DNA from: Octopus vulgaris
Lineage: Eukaryota
Assembly (NCBI GenBank): GCA_951406725.2
Contig: OX597836.1
Location: 37,944,001-38,008,000 of the forward strand
Length of the DNA stretch: 64,000 nucleotides
Reading direction: 5' to 3'
Part shown: one piece after another, positions 45,023 through 62,150 of the stretch
Numbering within the stretch: the stretch's first letter is position 1
How the letters are laid out: each line of letters opens with the position of its first letter
Made by a program: the position numbers and the translations under genes
The notes under the pieces: model-generated
What the model saw: only the letters and a program-made list of their open reading frames with translations
What the model was told of the DNA's origin: nothing
The model's database searches: none

Positions 45023-45820
45023 GGTGATCAGTAAATTCCACCAGTTAAATTTCACCATAGGTAAATTACACCATGGTATATTCTACCATGGTAAATATCA
45101 CCATAGATGAAATTATCATTATTATTGTTATTAATATCATTATCAAATCATTATTTAGAAGGGTTCCACAATGCTTTGTGCTCATCACCTAACATCCACA
45201 CATCCAAATTTGTGGAAACTATGCACTGCCCTTGAACCTGAGGAAGGATTAAGCCAGACAAAAATTGCACACGTTCGAAGTGGAGACTCAACAACAACAA
45301 AAAAAGACCTATCAAATTATTGATGCATGACTGAAGAAGCTAGTTCAGGAATATCACAATGAAAACCCTCTGCAATTTTTAAGAAGTATTGCACACAATT
45401 TGTCTTAAGAAATTTTTCTTTAAATGAATTAAAACTTTCTTATCCTAAGTCTACTTCACAATGTACTCGCTGTTATTTTTTATCCTATTGTTATAATAAA
45501 ATGTATGCTAAAATTTAATATTTTCTTTCTTTATCCCAAATTATATTATGTTTGAAATTTTGTGATGAGTCTTTTTCATAGATTCTTGCTCGATGGGAGT
45601 ACATTAAAGTGATCCCATATCAATTCAAGTAGATTATAAAGATTATTTTCTATCTCACCTTCAGATTCTCTCTCTCTCTCTCTTCTTTAGACTTGAGAGA
45701 TAGACAGATTAAATAACATGGTTAGTTTCTCTAGACCCACAGTCTAGAGAAACTGACCATGGTGATTATTAGTGGGTGGAATTTACCATGGTGGAACCGT
45801 AGTGGAATTTACCTAGAACC
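45023..45820 (+). mobile_element. Internally deleted Mutator-like (MULE) element
   Basis: Imperfect TIRs with gtaaattccacc/ggtggaatttac subrepeats; flanks cattattt/cattatat (7 of 8); 45150-45408 translates EGFHNAL..HPNLWKL..L.PEE..FLRSIAHNL*. Confidence 0.7.
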
Positions 45821-47487
45821 CATTATATATATATACAAGTTGTGTACATTGATTATATGTATATAAATATACATACATTATAATTGTAGTATATTGCTCC
45901 CTAAGATTTGTATCTATTTTCCATAATTTTGGTTTAAGGATATTTAACTTTGATGAATTATGAAGAATTACATAAGTTGATTTAAATTCATATCTTCACT
46001 TGGTTATTATTGCATTGTATGTTACTAATTTATTATCCCCCACCCCCATTTTTTTTCCTACCTAATACTGTTTTGGTTTTAGCAGGCAAGATAATTTTGC
46101 TTTTGCTAAATATATTTCTTGATATTATTTGATTAAGCAATTCTATATCAACTTATTTTCTTTAATCAATGTGCTTTCTCTACTATTTATTTCTAAGAGG
46201 ATGCAAACATTTAACTGCTGAAGCATGTAACTCATTCATTTGTACATATATTAAAAATTTAATGTCAATTTAAATGTTATTTTCAGTGTATTGTTCTCAT
46301 AAATTCTTTGTTCTTATTTATGTCATGTCATTTGATTATATTATGTCAGATGTAATCACTCATAGCTAAACTTTTTACATTTTCTTCTTAACTTTTTATA
46401 TCACACTAAAATCTATAACTGCTTTGTAACTGCTCGTTGAATAACTAGATGACATTTCTGATGCTTTCATGAACTTACTCGATTTTAATGAAATGGGATG
46501 GGGGAAGAAACTAAATCAAGTTTTTTGTACAAAAATTTAAACTACCTTTATATTTATTTTTGAATTTAAGTTTGTAAGAAGAATTTTTCCGAGCATTTTC
46601 TTAAAATTTATGTATCACTCTATTTGAAAAAGCTTTCTGTGCAAAGAAATTAGTATGAAGATGGCTTTTGAGTAATGAGTCATAGATTCTGTCATTTCTT
46701 GTGAATCATAAACATAAATTGGGAAACTATTAGGGATAATCAGGAAGACTTCTGCTTAAACCTCATTTGAAAATTTTGGATATAATCACATAATGTACAA
46801 GAGCGTCAATCAACTTGCAAAGCATTCACTAGTTACCTCTGTGGATAGGAATCCCTGTCACTGTAGGTCTTGTCAACAGAAAGATTTTAATCCAACACCA
46901 CAAAATGAATAATCAGTAATTTGCAGTGTTTAGAGCAGGGAATTTGTTATATCTGAGTTGGTTGTTAAGAGTTGAATGAAATTAGATACAAATGCATAAT
47001 CCATGATGACAATGGTTGATATTAAATACTATCTAGTGTTTCTGATTCCTTTGACATAATCTTTTACTTGAGAAGTAGATCAAACACTATGAAAGCATAC
47101 TAATTAAAAGCCTTTTAGTGTTTATTACTCCTCTATCAGAGAAGCCAGGGCTCTTGCATTTCCTTGTCACATTCTTTGGAGTACCATGTTCTTTCTAGTT
47201 TTTCTTTTTGTCTTTTTTGAAATTGTCAGTTTGACTCAGAGTAAATATATTTTCCTTTATTTTTTTAAAATCAGAATATACAAAATAGACATTATGACAA
47301 GTATTAACCATCTCTGTCAACCCGTAATACATAAAATAGAAATGATTTATTGTAATATAACATAAAGACAGTTTAAAGTTCTATTCTAGATAGATTTCTC
47401 ATTCATTTATAAGTATGTTTGTATATATATTATGTAGTAAGGCTTCAAGAAGTAGAAAAACACTTGATCAGCTAAGAGAGTAAAGAT

Positions 47488-47675
47488 AATCTTATAATAA
47501 AAATCTAAAAATCTTGTAAAAGCAGTTACCCAGGGTTTTCTGGTTGGAATAATAAAAAAGACAACTGACAAGCAGTCTTGTTTTCAGCTTGATAAATGGC
47601 AGAATAGATTATTATTTTGACCGGAAAACCCTGGGTAGCTGTTTTTATAAGATTTGTGATTTTTTATTATAAGAT
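47488..47675. mobile_element. Small palindromic MITE-like element
   Basis: aatcttataataaaaa..cagttacccagggttttctggtt vs gaccggaaaaccctgggtagctg..ttttattataagatt. Confidence 0.65.
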
Positions 47676-50018
47676 TGTGTGTGTGTGTGTGCATGCATGC
47701 ATTGAACTGTATCTTAGTTTTTGGGGTTAAAGTTAAATTTGTTCTTCAGAAAGTATAATTCATAATAAAGTTGTATGGCAGTGCTTTAGAATATTATGAA
47801 GGCAGTATTTGTTTGTGTTAGAAAAAGTACCTTACAGTTTTTAGTTAAGTCTAATTGAATATTGCCTCCCCTTAAATTAAAGCCATGTGTTCTTGTCAGA
47901 AAACAATATTTTAGTATTTTTGTGTTAAAAAGTTTTAGAAATAGTAATTATTCAAATAAAAGTACATTAAAATGATTTTAGATTTTTATGCATGTTTACA
48001 TTCAAAAATATTTTGCACGACCATTTTAAGGACTTTCAATAATTTGCTTCTGTGACTTAAATTACTAAGTGAAAGCCAGAAATTACTTTCAATTTGTATG
48101 TTCATTTTTGTTTTGTTTTTGTGATGTGTATGATTGTCTCTGTGTTACAGTTTAACAAAAAGTAAAATTGAGATAACTATTGTTGCTTAAATTTTCACTT
48201 CCCCAGCCTGGCCAAGTGGCTGGAACTAGTAAAATTACAAATGCAATTTCTCTTATACATAATTTTAAATTCTTTAGAATAGTTTTCTAGGAAAACTTAG
48301 CTTTCTTAGATCACAAATTATCAATGTAAAATGAATTCTTAGAAACATGATTCCTGAAATTGATTTTGAAATCCTCTGATCAATGTTTAGTGGAAAAAAG
48401 ATAAAAAATATCAGCTCACATATCTATACAAATATATCCAAATGTAGACACAAACATGTATATTTAAGTATTTAAATGTTTATTGCCATTTAAAGGTAGT
48501 CTCAAGTTTGAATTTTGAAGGAATCAAATAGAATTAGAAATTTAAGTTAAAAACAACAAAGAAAATGTTTGCAAAGATTATGTATAACATGAATTTCATA
48601 ATCTACATGTAGGACCTTGATGTAAAATTTGATTCTACACAATAGAGAAAGCATAGTAAAAATTTGTTTGAAGAACTAAAATATATGCCTGTAATTGTCA
48701 AAGCATAAATGAAATTCATTAAAGTTAAATTAAGGATAATTTCTTAAAAAATAAATAGTATTTATTAAGTTTCAAGTTAGAGGTCTTTGAGTTTTTCATT
48801 TGGTTCTAGAAAAATCTTTATTATAGACTGGGTTTGCTTTAGGCCAATTTATTCATTGGTAATTTCTTACTACATCAAGGTAAAATGAAATCCCAGTGTC
48901 AGACTTGAGTTAGCAATAAACAGAGTATACTGATTGCAACAGTGAAGTTACTCTATCATGCCAGAAAGAAAGATGTATCAGCATTCAGTTATATATATTT
49001 TACTTATGATGATTATCAAATTTAATAACTACTAAATTTAGGGTTCAGATATTAAGATTCAAAGATTTATACAAAGCATAAACTATAGATTAAATTTTTC
49101 TTTATAAATATTAAATTGAAAATTTATCTGAAAAAGTTAAAATATTTACACTAGATTCTGATGCACCATGTATATTTGACTTGATGTTTTAATAAAATGC
49201 ATCATTTCATGGTTTGTTGTATCGATTTCCAACAACTTATATGAAAAATAATTTGAATATAACTTAGCATTTTCTGCTTTCATGAATCATAACTTGTTAA
49301 TAAGTTGGTCTAAAACAAGATATGGTAACTTATTCTCCAGTCAATTAGGCTTCATAATACCTATTTTACATCTAGCAAAATAAAGATCAACTATTTTTGA
49401 TCTATAACAGGAATCTTAAAGGATTTTATTGTTTCCACTCTCGACTTTGATTAGTACTCCTGCACTAATAACTTTCTATCATTTTGTGTTCATTTAGAGA
49501 TAGGTTTTAGATAAGACAAAATGAACAGTATTGAATGTTATATAACCATTATCTAACTCTTTTATTATGATAAAATTAGGCTAATTTTGTTGTGGTTTTT
49601 ATAATAGTATTAATTTGATTTTACTCCATGAAAAGCTTTCACTGAAATATTTTATTTTGATGTGATGGTTTTTACTTTTAAAAACTTTTTTTAAAAATTA
49701 AATTGAATTTCAAACAGTAATCAAAAGAAATATAAAACAGGTATGGTGTTTTACAGAATTTAATTTTGACTTAGATAAATTTTATTGTAAACTACAGTTT
49801 TTACAGGCTTGAAAAGCTAAATTTTGAACATACACACATACACAAATTTACTTATATGCTGTTCCTCAGTACTTTTGTATAATCATATAATTTATTCTTT
49901 TATATTAAATTAATAATAATAAATCAGTTTTTAAGGTATTCAGATAAGTTTTGTTCAAGAAAGAAAAAAGATAAAATTTGTTCTTAATATCTTTACATAA
50001 ACATTCTTATTTTTGCAG

Positions 50019-50582
50019 ATAGTAGAAAATTGGATCTTGTATTCCTCATTCATACCTCCAATCAAATCACTGACAGGTCATTTGAGCTAGTTAAAACATT
50101 TTTGAAAAATCTACTGCGGGATTCTGATATTGATTCAGGTGATCTTCGTGTGGGAATAGCATTCTACGACCGTAACCCAAATATACTTTTCAATTTGCCA
50201 CAATACAACACCAAGGCTGACCTGATTGGAGCTATTGATGCCATCCCCTCAAGCTACCGATCAGATGAAGCTAATCTAGCTCGAGGTCTGAAAGTAGCCA
50301 AACAAATAATGTTGTCTTCAAGTAACGATCAAAGGCCTGATGTACCAAATGCAGTGGTTGTAATCACAGATGGCACATCTACAGTTGATACAAACGAGAT
50401 TCATAGTGCTGCTGTGGATTTGAAGAGTATTGCTTATATCTTTGGTGTTGCCATTGGAATAGGCACATTTGGTGAAATGGCCAGAATAGTCACAGAGCCA
50501 GCGAATGTAAACTATTTTGGAATTGTGGCCATTGAACGTTTACATGAGGTGGAGCCGCAACTAACTGAGCAAATTATGGCAT
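50019..50582 (+). CDS. VWA domain exon 1 (564 nt), collagen VI/matrilin-like secreted protein
   Basis: ORF 50030-50746 has VWA hallmarks LDLVFLI, LRVGIAFY, FNL..YNTK.DL..AI..I, RPDVPNAVVVITDG, IFGVAIG; acceptor ttttgcAG 50017-18, donor GTGAGT 50583; phase 1-1. Confidence 0.92.
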
Positions 50583-50639
50583 GTGAGTACATAGCTGGCA
50601 AAGGAAATGCCGCAGTTCCTATATTTGATATCTTGGATC

Positions 50640-50740
50640 GCAGCAGCAGCGATAGCGGCGGCAGCAGCAGCGGTAGTGGCAGCGGTAGCGACAGCAGTAG
50701 CATCAGCGGCAGCATCAGCGGTAGCATCAGCGGCAGCAGC
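50640..50740 (+). repeat. GC-rich (AGC/GGC)n trinucleotide repeat just inside the intron after VWA exon 1
   Basis: cagcagcagcgatagcggcggcagcagcagcggtagtggc... Confidence 0.9.
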
Positions 50741-51029
50741 AATTAAATGGCATTTGTTTTGGTTAAATTGGCAGCAAAGGCGCACTGAGAAAAAGTTCTT
50801 TATATCATTGTACTGAGATATTAGGGCAATGTAACTATGTAAAAGCATTTAAAAATTAGATAATTTATTTAAGCTGTTCTGTTTTGATTTTGATATTTAT
50901 TAAGATTTGAAAGGTAGTCTTAAAAACTTGCTTCAAGATAAACATTGGTTTATTGTTTATTTGTAGATTATATAATCATTGAAATAATATAACTATAGGT
51001 ATGGCATTGTGGGTGCTTTACAATCAAGT

Positions 51030-54495
<3,466 letters not shown>

Positions 54496-55539
54496 TTCTG
54501 TATAAATTTTATGTAAAGGAAATGAATATAATTTGTATAAAAGTATTAGATTTCTTATTAGAAAGAGAAAATTCAATTATAAAAAACTTTTAGAAAAAAC
54601 AAGTCTAGCTTAAAATGAAATGTACTATATAAAAAGTCAACACTTAAAATTTATTCATGATAAACAAATTTTGATTAACCATTGTGCATATTGTTAGATG
54701 ATTCGGGAGAAGTTGATAATATATTTTACTTTGATGTGTATACCATAGTTATTTCAAATCATTTGAGCTAGTTCTTTATTAAATAATTTTAAAAAGTAGA
54801 ATTTATTGATATTACTGTCTTAATTATGAGAGTGAATTTAAGAGAAACTATTGTAGATATGAAAGAAGCAAAGTATTCTAGAATCAAAAAAGTAAACATA
54901 AATATAAAATAATTTAAAATTATAACTCCTAAGTTAATTTGTATCGATGCCTAAATAATTAATCTTTAACACAAAAGTGGGTGCATAAACATGTTTATGA
55001 ATCTGTGTGTTACTATGCTTAAATAATCACCATCATCCCATTTCTTGCGTATTGCTTTTATTCATACTTTCTAAATATTAATTAGTGTTGCCGCAAATAT
55101 TTGTTCTAAAAGCATGCTTGCAGTGCTTTTCATTTTTTTGTGTGTGTTGATTTGTTTGTTTTAATTCTTGTGTAATTTCAGTTTTATTTATTTATGTTTA
55201 TGATCTCATTTCCAGTTGAATCCATCTGAAATACTTTAATGTATATGAATATATTACATTTGCATATACTGTGAATTCTTAGCAATGATCTTTTTTACTC
55301 TTATAAAATCGAAATATTACTGCTTAAATTTCTGGTTGCATTTAGAAGTTACATGAATTATACAAGTATATAATATTTTACTTACCTAGCAAAGATTAGC
55401 TCTGAGCAAAATATACTAATGAAATCTTTATTTTGATAAAAATGTGGATAAACTAAAAAAATGGACATAAATATATGTATGTATGTGTGTAAGTATGTGT
55501 ACATATGCTTGGAATATATTTGCATACTCACATTTTTTA

Positions 55540-56730
55540 TACTGACTCTGGGATACAAATATATGAAGCCCAATATACTGATCATAACTATCCATCTGAT
55601 AAGGTTACACCAGGCACATGCATCATAGCCAACCTGGTGATCAAGATAAACAGTACATGACCTTGCAGGTGGGGTTCAGTTAGAATTTTCTTCAGGCCAG
55701 TTAGCTCATCCCACTCAGAAAGTCCCTTAATAAGGGTTTAAGGATATTGAACGAAACACTCATCTTTCTAGAGGTAAATTATTCAAACTGCAATGAATTC
55801 CTTTCGACACATGGCTATTGTGCTCCCTCATTACTTATGCTCATGGTCAGAGATGCACATATCATCAGCCACCAATGGACATGTTCAACTGGTTATGGTC
55901 AAACATCTGAGAAACAAATCTGTGATACTGAGCAGAATATTTGCAGTAGCCTATTTTTTACACCATGACAAAACATGTACATGATAACACTCCTAATCAG
56001 TTAAGATGAGAACCCGTGAGAGGTGTTAGCATGCTGGGCAAAAATATGTTGCATTTTGTCTGTTTTTATGTTCTGGGTTCAAATGCTCCCTTTCATCCTT
56101 TCGGGGCTGATAAAACCAGTTGAGCATTGGGGTCTATTTCATTGATTTAGCTCCTCCCCCAAAATCACTGGCTTTGTGTCAAAATTTGAAACCATTATTA
56201 TTATTATTATTGGGTTAGGGAGCAGTGCATGTCAGCCAAGTGACACTAGGGTATAAATATATGAAACCCAATATACCCATCATGACTACCCATCTGATAA
56301 GGGTACACCAGGTACATGCATCACAATTATGTGCACAACATGGTAATCTCATATCAGGGTAAACCTTGCAGGTGGGGGTTCAGTTAGAATTTTCTTCAGG
56401 TTGAGTAGACCATGCTGTTCAAAAGGTCCTATAATAAGGTTTGTTTAAGGATGATGAATGAAAAACCCATGTTTCCAGAGGTGAATTATTCAAACCTCAA
56501 AGAATTCCTTTCTACACATGGCTATGGTGCTTTCCTACTACTTCTGCTCATGATCAAAGATGCACATGTCATCAACCACCAAGGAACATGTTCAACTGGT
56601 TATGGTCAAGCATCTGACAAGCAAATCTGTGATACTGAGCATAATATTTGTTGTTGCGCATCTTTTATACCAAGAAAAAACATGTACATGATAGCACTTC
56701 CCATCAGTTAAGATCAAAAGCCATGAGAGC
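55540..56730. repeat. Two direct ~480-bp copies of an interspersed repeat separated by a SINE B copy
   Basis: ccttgcaggtgggg..cagttagaattttcttcagg and acatgtacatgata..atcagttaagat occur at ~55660/56365 and ~55975/56680. Confidence 0.8.
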
Positions 56731-57601
56731 CACTGCCTCGCACTGCTTCAGGATGTTATAATTTTAAGGCAGTGTTTTATGACTAGATATCTTTTCTGGT
56801 GCTGACTCTTTTAGTCACCTTTCATGACATGCATGTAGGAGTTACAGTATACCTATTTTGTGTGAGAAGTTCTGTGTTGATATTTATCATGTAAATATGC
56901 AAATGTTTAGGTTTATTATGTTAAAGTGAAAGAAAATCAACAGAACATTTACTGGTGGGGAAACTCTGTACTGAAAGTAGAGTAAAATTTATTATGAAAT
57001 TTCTTTTGGTTGGAACATTAGTTTCACTTGGCAGCTTATTCAACCAGTTAAAGCAAATTTCATTATATGCCTATGTGAGTGGGTGCATGCATGTGTGCAT
57101 GTAGATACGGATACACACGTATATTTATATGTGTATGCGTGTTTAGTGAATGCTCTAGTGTAGGTGGTGTAATCATAGCAAGTAGAGTTTATGCCTTAGG
57201 TATGCAGGCTTGTTCCTTAATTAAAACTGTTTCACTTATTCTAAAATGCTTGGAAAAGATACATCACCTAAAAAGTCTTTACTCTAAGAAGTCATTGGGG
57301 TTTATCATCTTTTGAAGGCTACCTTTGATTTTTGAAAGGATAATCTATTCATTGAATCTACCGTGCAAGTGCATTGAGTAGATAAATATTTTTCTTTTTT
57401 TATAATTAAAACATAAATATGATGTGGAAATATAGAGTGAAATGATGTTAATTGTTGTGGTTTGCAATTCATTTTTGTTTTTAGAAAACTCTTTTGTCTG
57501 TCAATATACCTTTCTAGTGAAGTTAATTATCCATAACTTTCTTATAAAGTAATAAGCACACATTTTCTCAATTATCATCATCATTATCATCATCATCATC
57601 A

Positions 57602-57654
<53 letters not shown>

Positions 57655-57656
57655 AA

Positions 57657-58320
57657 GGAGGCAAGCTGGCAGAATTGTTAATACACTGGACAAAATGCTA
57701 GTAGCATTTCGTCCATACTTATGTTCTGAGTTCAAATTCTGCTGAGGTTGACTTTGCCTTTCATCCTTTCGGGGTCGATAAATAAAGTACCAGTGAAACA
57801 CTGGGATCGATGTAATATGCTAGTTGCTTCCCTGCAAATTTCAGGCCTTGTGCCTTTAGTAGAAAGGATTATTATTATTGTTATTATTAAGATGGCGAGC
57901 TGGCAGAATTGTTAGCATGCCGAGCAAAATATTTAGCGGCATTTTGTTCTGTGTTCAAATTCTGCCAAGGTTGACTTTACCTTTCATCCTTTCGGGGTTG
58001 ATAAATTAAGTACCAGTGGAGTACTGGGGTAGATGTGATCAACTTAACCCCTTCCCCAAAATTTTGGGTTTTGTGCCTATAGTAGAAAGGATTATTATTA
58101 TTGTTATTAAAGTGGTGAGCTGGCAGAAATGTTAGAACATTGGAAAAAGTGCATTCTAGTATTTGTTCCTGTTCTTTACACTCTGAGATCAAATCCTACC
58201 ATGGTCAACTTTCCCTTTCATTTCAGGATTGATAAAATAAAGTACCAGTCAATTACTGGGGTTGATGGTATTGACTAACCTCTTCTCCATAAAATTTCTG
58301 GTTTTGTACCAAAATTAGGA
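57657..58320 (+). mobile_element. Three head-to-tail SINE family B copies (~57657, 57891, 58111) separated by (ATT)n
   Basis: Repeated g(c/g)agctggcagaa heads and catcctttcggg cores, each preceded by ttatta runs. Confidence 0.85.
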
Positions 58321-59034
58321 AGCATTCTTCTTTTTTTTTTTTTCAATGATAAAAAAAAATATATTTGATTTTTCTTAATGAATTGTCAGTTTTAGTAATG
58401 TATTTGGAGGTTGATAACAGCAAAACTTTCCTTTATCAACACTCTAATTTAAGCCACTTCTCTGAGCAATGATTTTATAGATCACATTTAATAAACATAT
58501 AACTAATTATCTAATAATGAAACAAGAGCAAGCTTATTGATTAAATGTATTTTGTACTACAGTTAAAACCAAAACCTTTTCTTTCCATCTATTTCTATTA
58601 AACAATTGATCATTAAATTCAGATTAATATACAATTGTATATTTACATTGTGAGTTCGGGTAAAGTTGATCTGTTGAGGAAGTTATATGGTTCATACTAG
58701 ATGTTAGTGAAAACATAACATAATCCCAAATGAGTCATTGCTATACCATGTGCAATTTCATATTCATGCTGAGTTCTAGAGGCTGAACCCTTCCTTTTCC
58801 GGATTATCTACTATGACAAGAAATCTCAGATACAAAGTATCAGCGAAGAGAAATAATTTGCTCATGTGACAAATTTGCTTTAGAGATTTGGTTGTTGAAA
58901 GATTATTGTGCCTGTATGAAAGTTGTATTTCCTCTCAAAAGATGTTTTCTAAAGAGAATTGCAATTAAATTGCATGTTTTTTGTCTTGTGTTTCCCATAT
59001 ATATGTTTACATTCAGTCTCAATATTCAAATATG

Positions 59035-59431
59035 GGATCTCTTTGGTTTGAATGGCAGTTTTTTCTAGTGGTGTCATATGAAATTGTCACCCATAATTAT
59101 GACCCTATTGCATTTCAATGTTTTAGGGTTAGGGGTGGAGGGAAGGGTATCTTTTTTTTTCTTCACAAATGTAAATAAACCTAATCTATTTCTTAAACAA
59201 GGGACATATTCATACAGTACACAATGTTTTTTACTTCAATGGACGTCATTGATTGGTTGAAATTGCAGAAATTGAAGATAAAAAACAAGCATTTTACAAA
59301 CTATAGAATTTTCTCAATAAAGCCAAGAGAAAAAGATGTTTTATAAACACATTCTACCAGTATACAAAGTTTAAAATTTTTTAGTTACCTAGAAATTATG
59401 CTAAAAACTGCCGTTCAAACCGAAAAGATCC
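59035..59431. mobile_element. GGATC-family MITE (intronic)
   Basis: Same TIRs; perfect 8-bp TSD caaatatg. Confidence 0.9.
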
Positions 59432-59897
59432 CAAATATGTATATTTATTTATTTTTGAAATGTGTATAAATTTCAATTTTAAAGCTCAGTTCTTAATTTA
59501 AGTATTAAATTATTGAAATGCCATTTGGAATATTAACTCTGATGTTAACTTTATTTTTATGGATTAAAATATACCTGTAGTTGTTCAATGTTTTCTAGAA
59601 ATTAATTTTGAAAGTTAATAAAATAAATAATTGATTGACTATTTTTTTAAAATGAAGTTAGTATATTAATTTTCTTCAGTATTTAAGAAACTTATCAATA
59701 AAATTATTTACTTTGTTCTATACAATATATTTTTAGGATACCAAGTGAATTGAATGAAACAGATTTTTATTACATTCAGATTTTCTCTTTCATTACTACC
59801 TACTAGATTGTTTATCTTATAATAGTTTTATGAACAGTTATATTACTTTCTCTTTTATACTGTATGATTCTTACTCATATAATCCTTTTCGTTTTAG

Positions 59898-59930
59898 TGC
59901 AAGGAGATGCTGCACCACTTGATGTTCCAA
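59898..59930 (+). CDS. VWA gene linker micro-exon, 33 nt (LQGDAAPLDVP)
   Basis: ccttttcgttttAG acceptor, GTAAGC donor at 59931; phase 1-1; Pro/Ala linker-like. Confidence 0.75.
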
Positions 59931-60338
59931 GTAAGCAACTCTTCAAATTTTAGTAATAATTTCAAATTTGTAAATCTGATAAAGATATACAAGGGGGTGC
60001 TGAAAAGATCCTGGCTTTGGATAAAAGAAAATAAAAGAAGGATCAGTTAATTATGATTTATGCATCTTAAACTATAGCAAATATTGATAAAAATAAAAAT
60101 AATTTTTAAATGCTCATAATTACTAATGAAAATCAGAAACAAAATGACATACATATTTCATTTTCTAATTTATAAGTACAAGGATTTTACATTATTAGCT
60201 TCATGAGACTAAAAATTTCATCTGCATGACGGGATTTCATAAGGAAACTTGTACGTTAAATTATATTAATTTCTTTATTACTTTGTGGTTTGAATTATTG
60301 GTGATTTTTTTTTCTTCCTTTTTTTAAAATATTTTCAG

Positions 60339-60899
60339 CTGATGCAAAAGCAGACATAGTATTTCTCGTACATATGTCAAAGAAGTCAACAAAAGCTGAT
60401 CAAAATCTTCTCAAAATGTTTATGAAGAAATTACTTTCATCAGCTGATATAGACTCTGGAGCTGTAAGAGTAGCGATTGTAACATATAATGTAAATTCAA
60501 AAGTGGTTAGCAATTTTGATACGTACACTAGTAAAACTGATGTTTTTAACGCTATTGATAACATGAATAGGTTTAAAGGTCCTAAGGCTAATGCTGCAGC
60601 TGGTTTGAAGATGGTTCTCAATAAAATATCTATCAACAAAAGTGGTGACCGCTCTAACGTCAAAAATACTCTTATTATGGTTACTGACCAACAATCAGTT
60701 AAGGTCCAAAATTCAAAGAAAAATGCTGATAAATTAAGAGGAAAAGATACTGAAATATTTACTGTTGGTGTAGGATTTGATTCTTCAACCGAGCTAAATG
60801 AAGTAGCAAATCATCCTGCAGGTGTACATGCACAATTTGTTGAGGATTATTCCAAAATAAATGAAGCAAATGATCTACTACTTCAAAGTATTCCAAGTC
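60339..60899 (+). CDS. VWA domain exon 2 (561 nt)
   Basis: TDAKADIVFLVHMS, VRVAIVTY, FDTYTSKTDVFNAIDNM, GDRSNVKNTLIMVTDQ, IFTVGVG; acceptor ttttcAG 60337-38, donor GTAAGT 60900; phase 1-1. Confidence 0.92.
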
Positions 60900-61567
60900 G
60901 TAAGTCTAATTTGATATTTTCAGCATGTTTCCAATGGAATATTGTTGCATGGATTTCCAAAATTTATTCTGGAGGAACATATTTCTAAAGTAAAAACATT
61001 AATGTTTTCTAAGTACAGTTTAGTTGAAAAATTATCTTTAATTAATAAGATATAAAACTTAGAAATTACATTGTTTACAGGCAAACATTATTTCAAGTTG
61101 TACAAATTACCTGTCACAGTTCTATAGATTACAGCTGACTCTTTCTAAATCAATCTGCTTATATGGTCCATGCATAAGCATTTTATTTCAAGCCTTACAC
61201 CAGTTATAACTTTTTTACAACACTTACAGACACCTCTCCAGTATCACAGCAAGAAAAGCAAAAGTTTCTGTTTTCCACATAAAGATCTGTACAACTTAAT
61301 CATGTAGCTCTTTACCAGTATAGTTATTTTGTGTTTACATTTGGCTGTTTTTCTATTCAGAAGAATTATGTTAATTATTTGTAAAACTTAATTCCCTATT
61401 TCAAATGACTCCTGTTCCAATGAATTTTGTAGTTATTTTTTTGTAGTTTTCTTAATAAAATTTCAGGAAAAGAATTGTAGATCTTACTTCCCAGCAAAAT
61501 ACATCTTTTGAACAAAATGAATTTTAAATAAATTCACATGTTTCTTTTCCTATCTTGATTAATATAG

Positions 61568-61603
61568 TTATGAAGAAAACAGTGTCAAGATCAACAAATC
61601 GCC
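61568..61603 (+). CDS. VWA gene linker micro-exon, 36 nt (LMKKTVSRSTNR)
   Basis: tttcttttcctatcttgattaatatAG acceptor, GTAAGT donor at 61604; phase 1-1, no stop. Confidence 0.6.
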
Positions 61604-61920
61604 GTAAGTAAAAGCTTAACATATACATTACCAGATATTTGTAAGTCGCAGCTTTTTAATCACTATTTGTTCTCATAAAATCTAGTTATTTTTGTTTATC
61701 TGTATTTTTTGTTTGCTTTTCTGTTTTCTGGTTTAAATGCACAGTAAACCTATATTTCATGACTTCTTGATTGCTTTATTATCTTATCCTCTTGCTTAAT
61801 TTAGTTTGTACAAAACTTGCAGTTCACTAAATTACTAGTTACTTAACAAGACTGCAATATTTTCATTCAGTTACCAATAATCCAGTCTACTTAGTTGTAA
61901 GATAATATAAAGACATTTCA

Positions 61921-62150
61921 GGCGGCGAGCTGGCAGAAACATTAGCACACTGGGCGAAATGCTTTGCAGTATTTCGTCCGTTGCTGCGTTCTGAGTTCAA
62001 ATTCCGCCGAAGTCGACTTTGCCTTTCATCCTTTCGGGGTCGATAAATTAGATACCAGTTATGCACTGGGGTCGATGTAATCGACTTAATCCGTTTGTCT
62101 GTCCTTGTTTGTCCCCTCTGTGTTTAGCCCCTTGTGGGTAGTAAAGAAAT
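61921..62150 (+). mobile_element. tRNA-like SINE family B (other copies at ~146, 8930, 16000, 21040, 23135(-), 26235(-), 35558, 56020)
   Basis: ggcgagctggcagaa..gagttcaaattcc (A/B boxes), then core gcctttcatcctttcggggtcgataaa. Confidence 0.85.

Noticed and set aside
48151-48161. Extra micro-exon candidates in the long introns (also ~36546, 48843, 59737)
   Set aside because: Lengths are not multiples of 3 and the donors or acceptors are weak
50512-50848. Poly-Leu and poly-Ala ORFs in other frames or on the minus strand
   Set aside because: Shadows of the (AGC)n repeat and the VWA exon
60900-60988. Read-through tail after VWA exon 2
   Set aside because: Short, intron-like composition and a consensus GTAAGT donor; consistent with chance
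61635-61640. 6-nt micro-exon ccAG|atattt|GTAAGT
   Set aside because: It would leave a 31-nt intron after the 36-nt exon and has no pyrimidine tract
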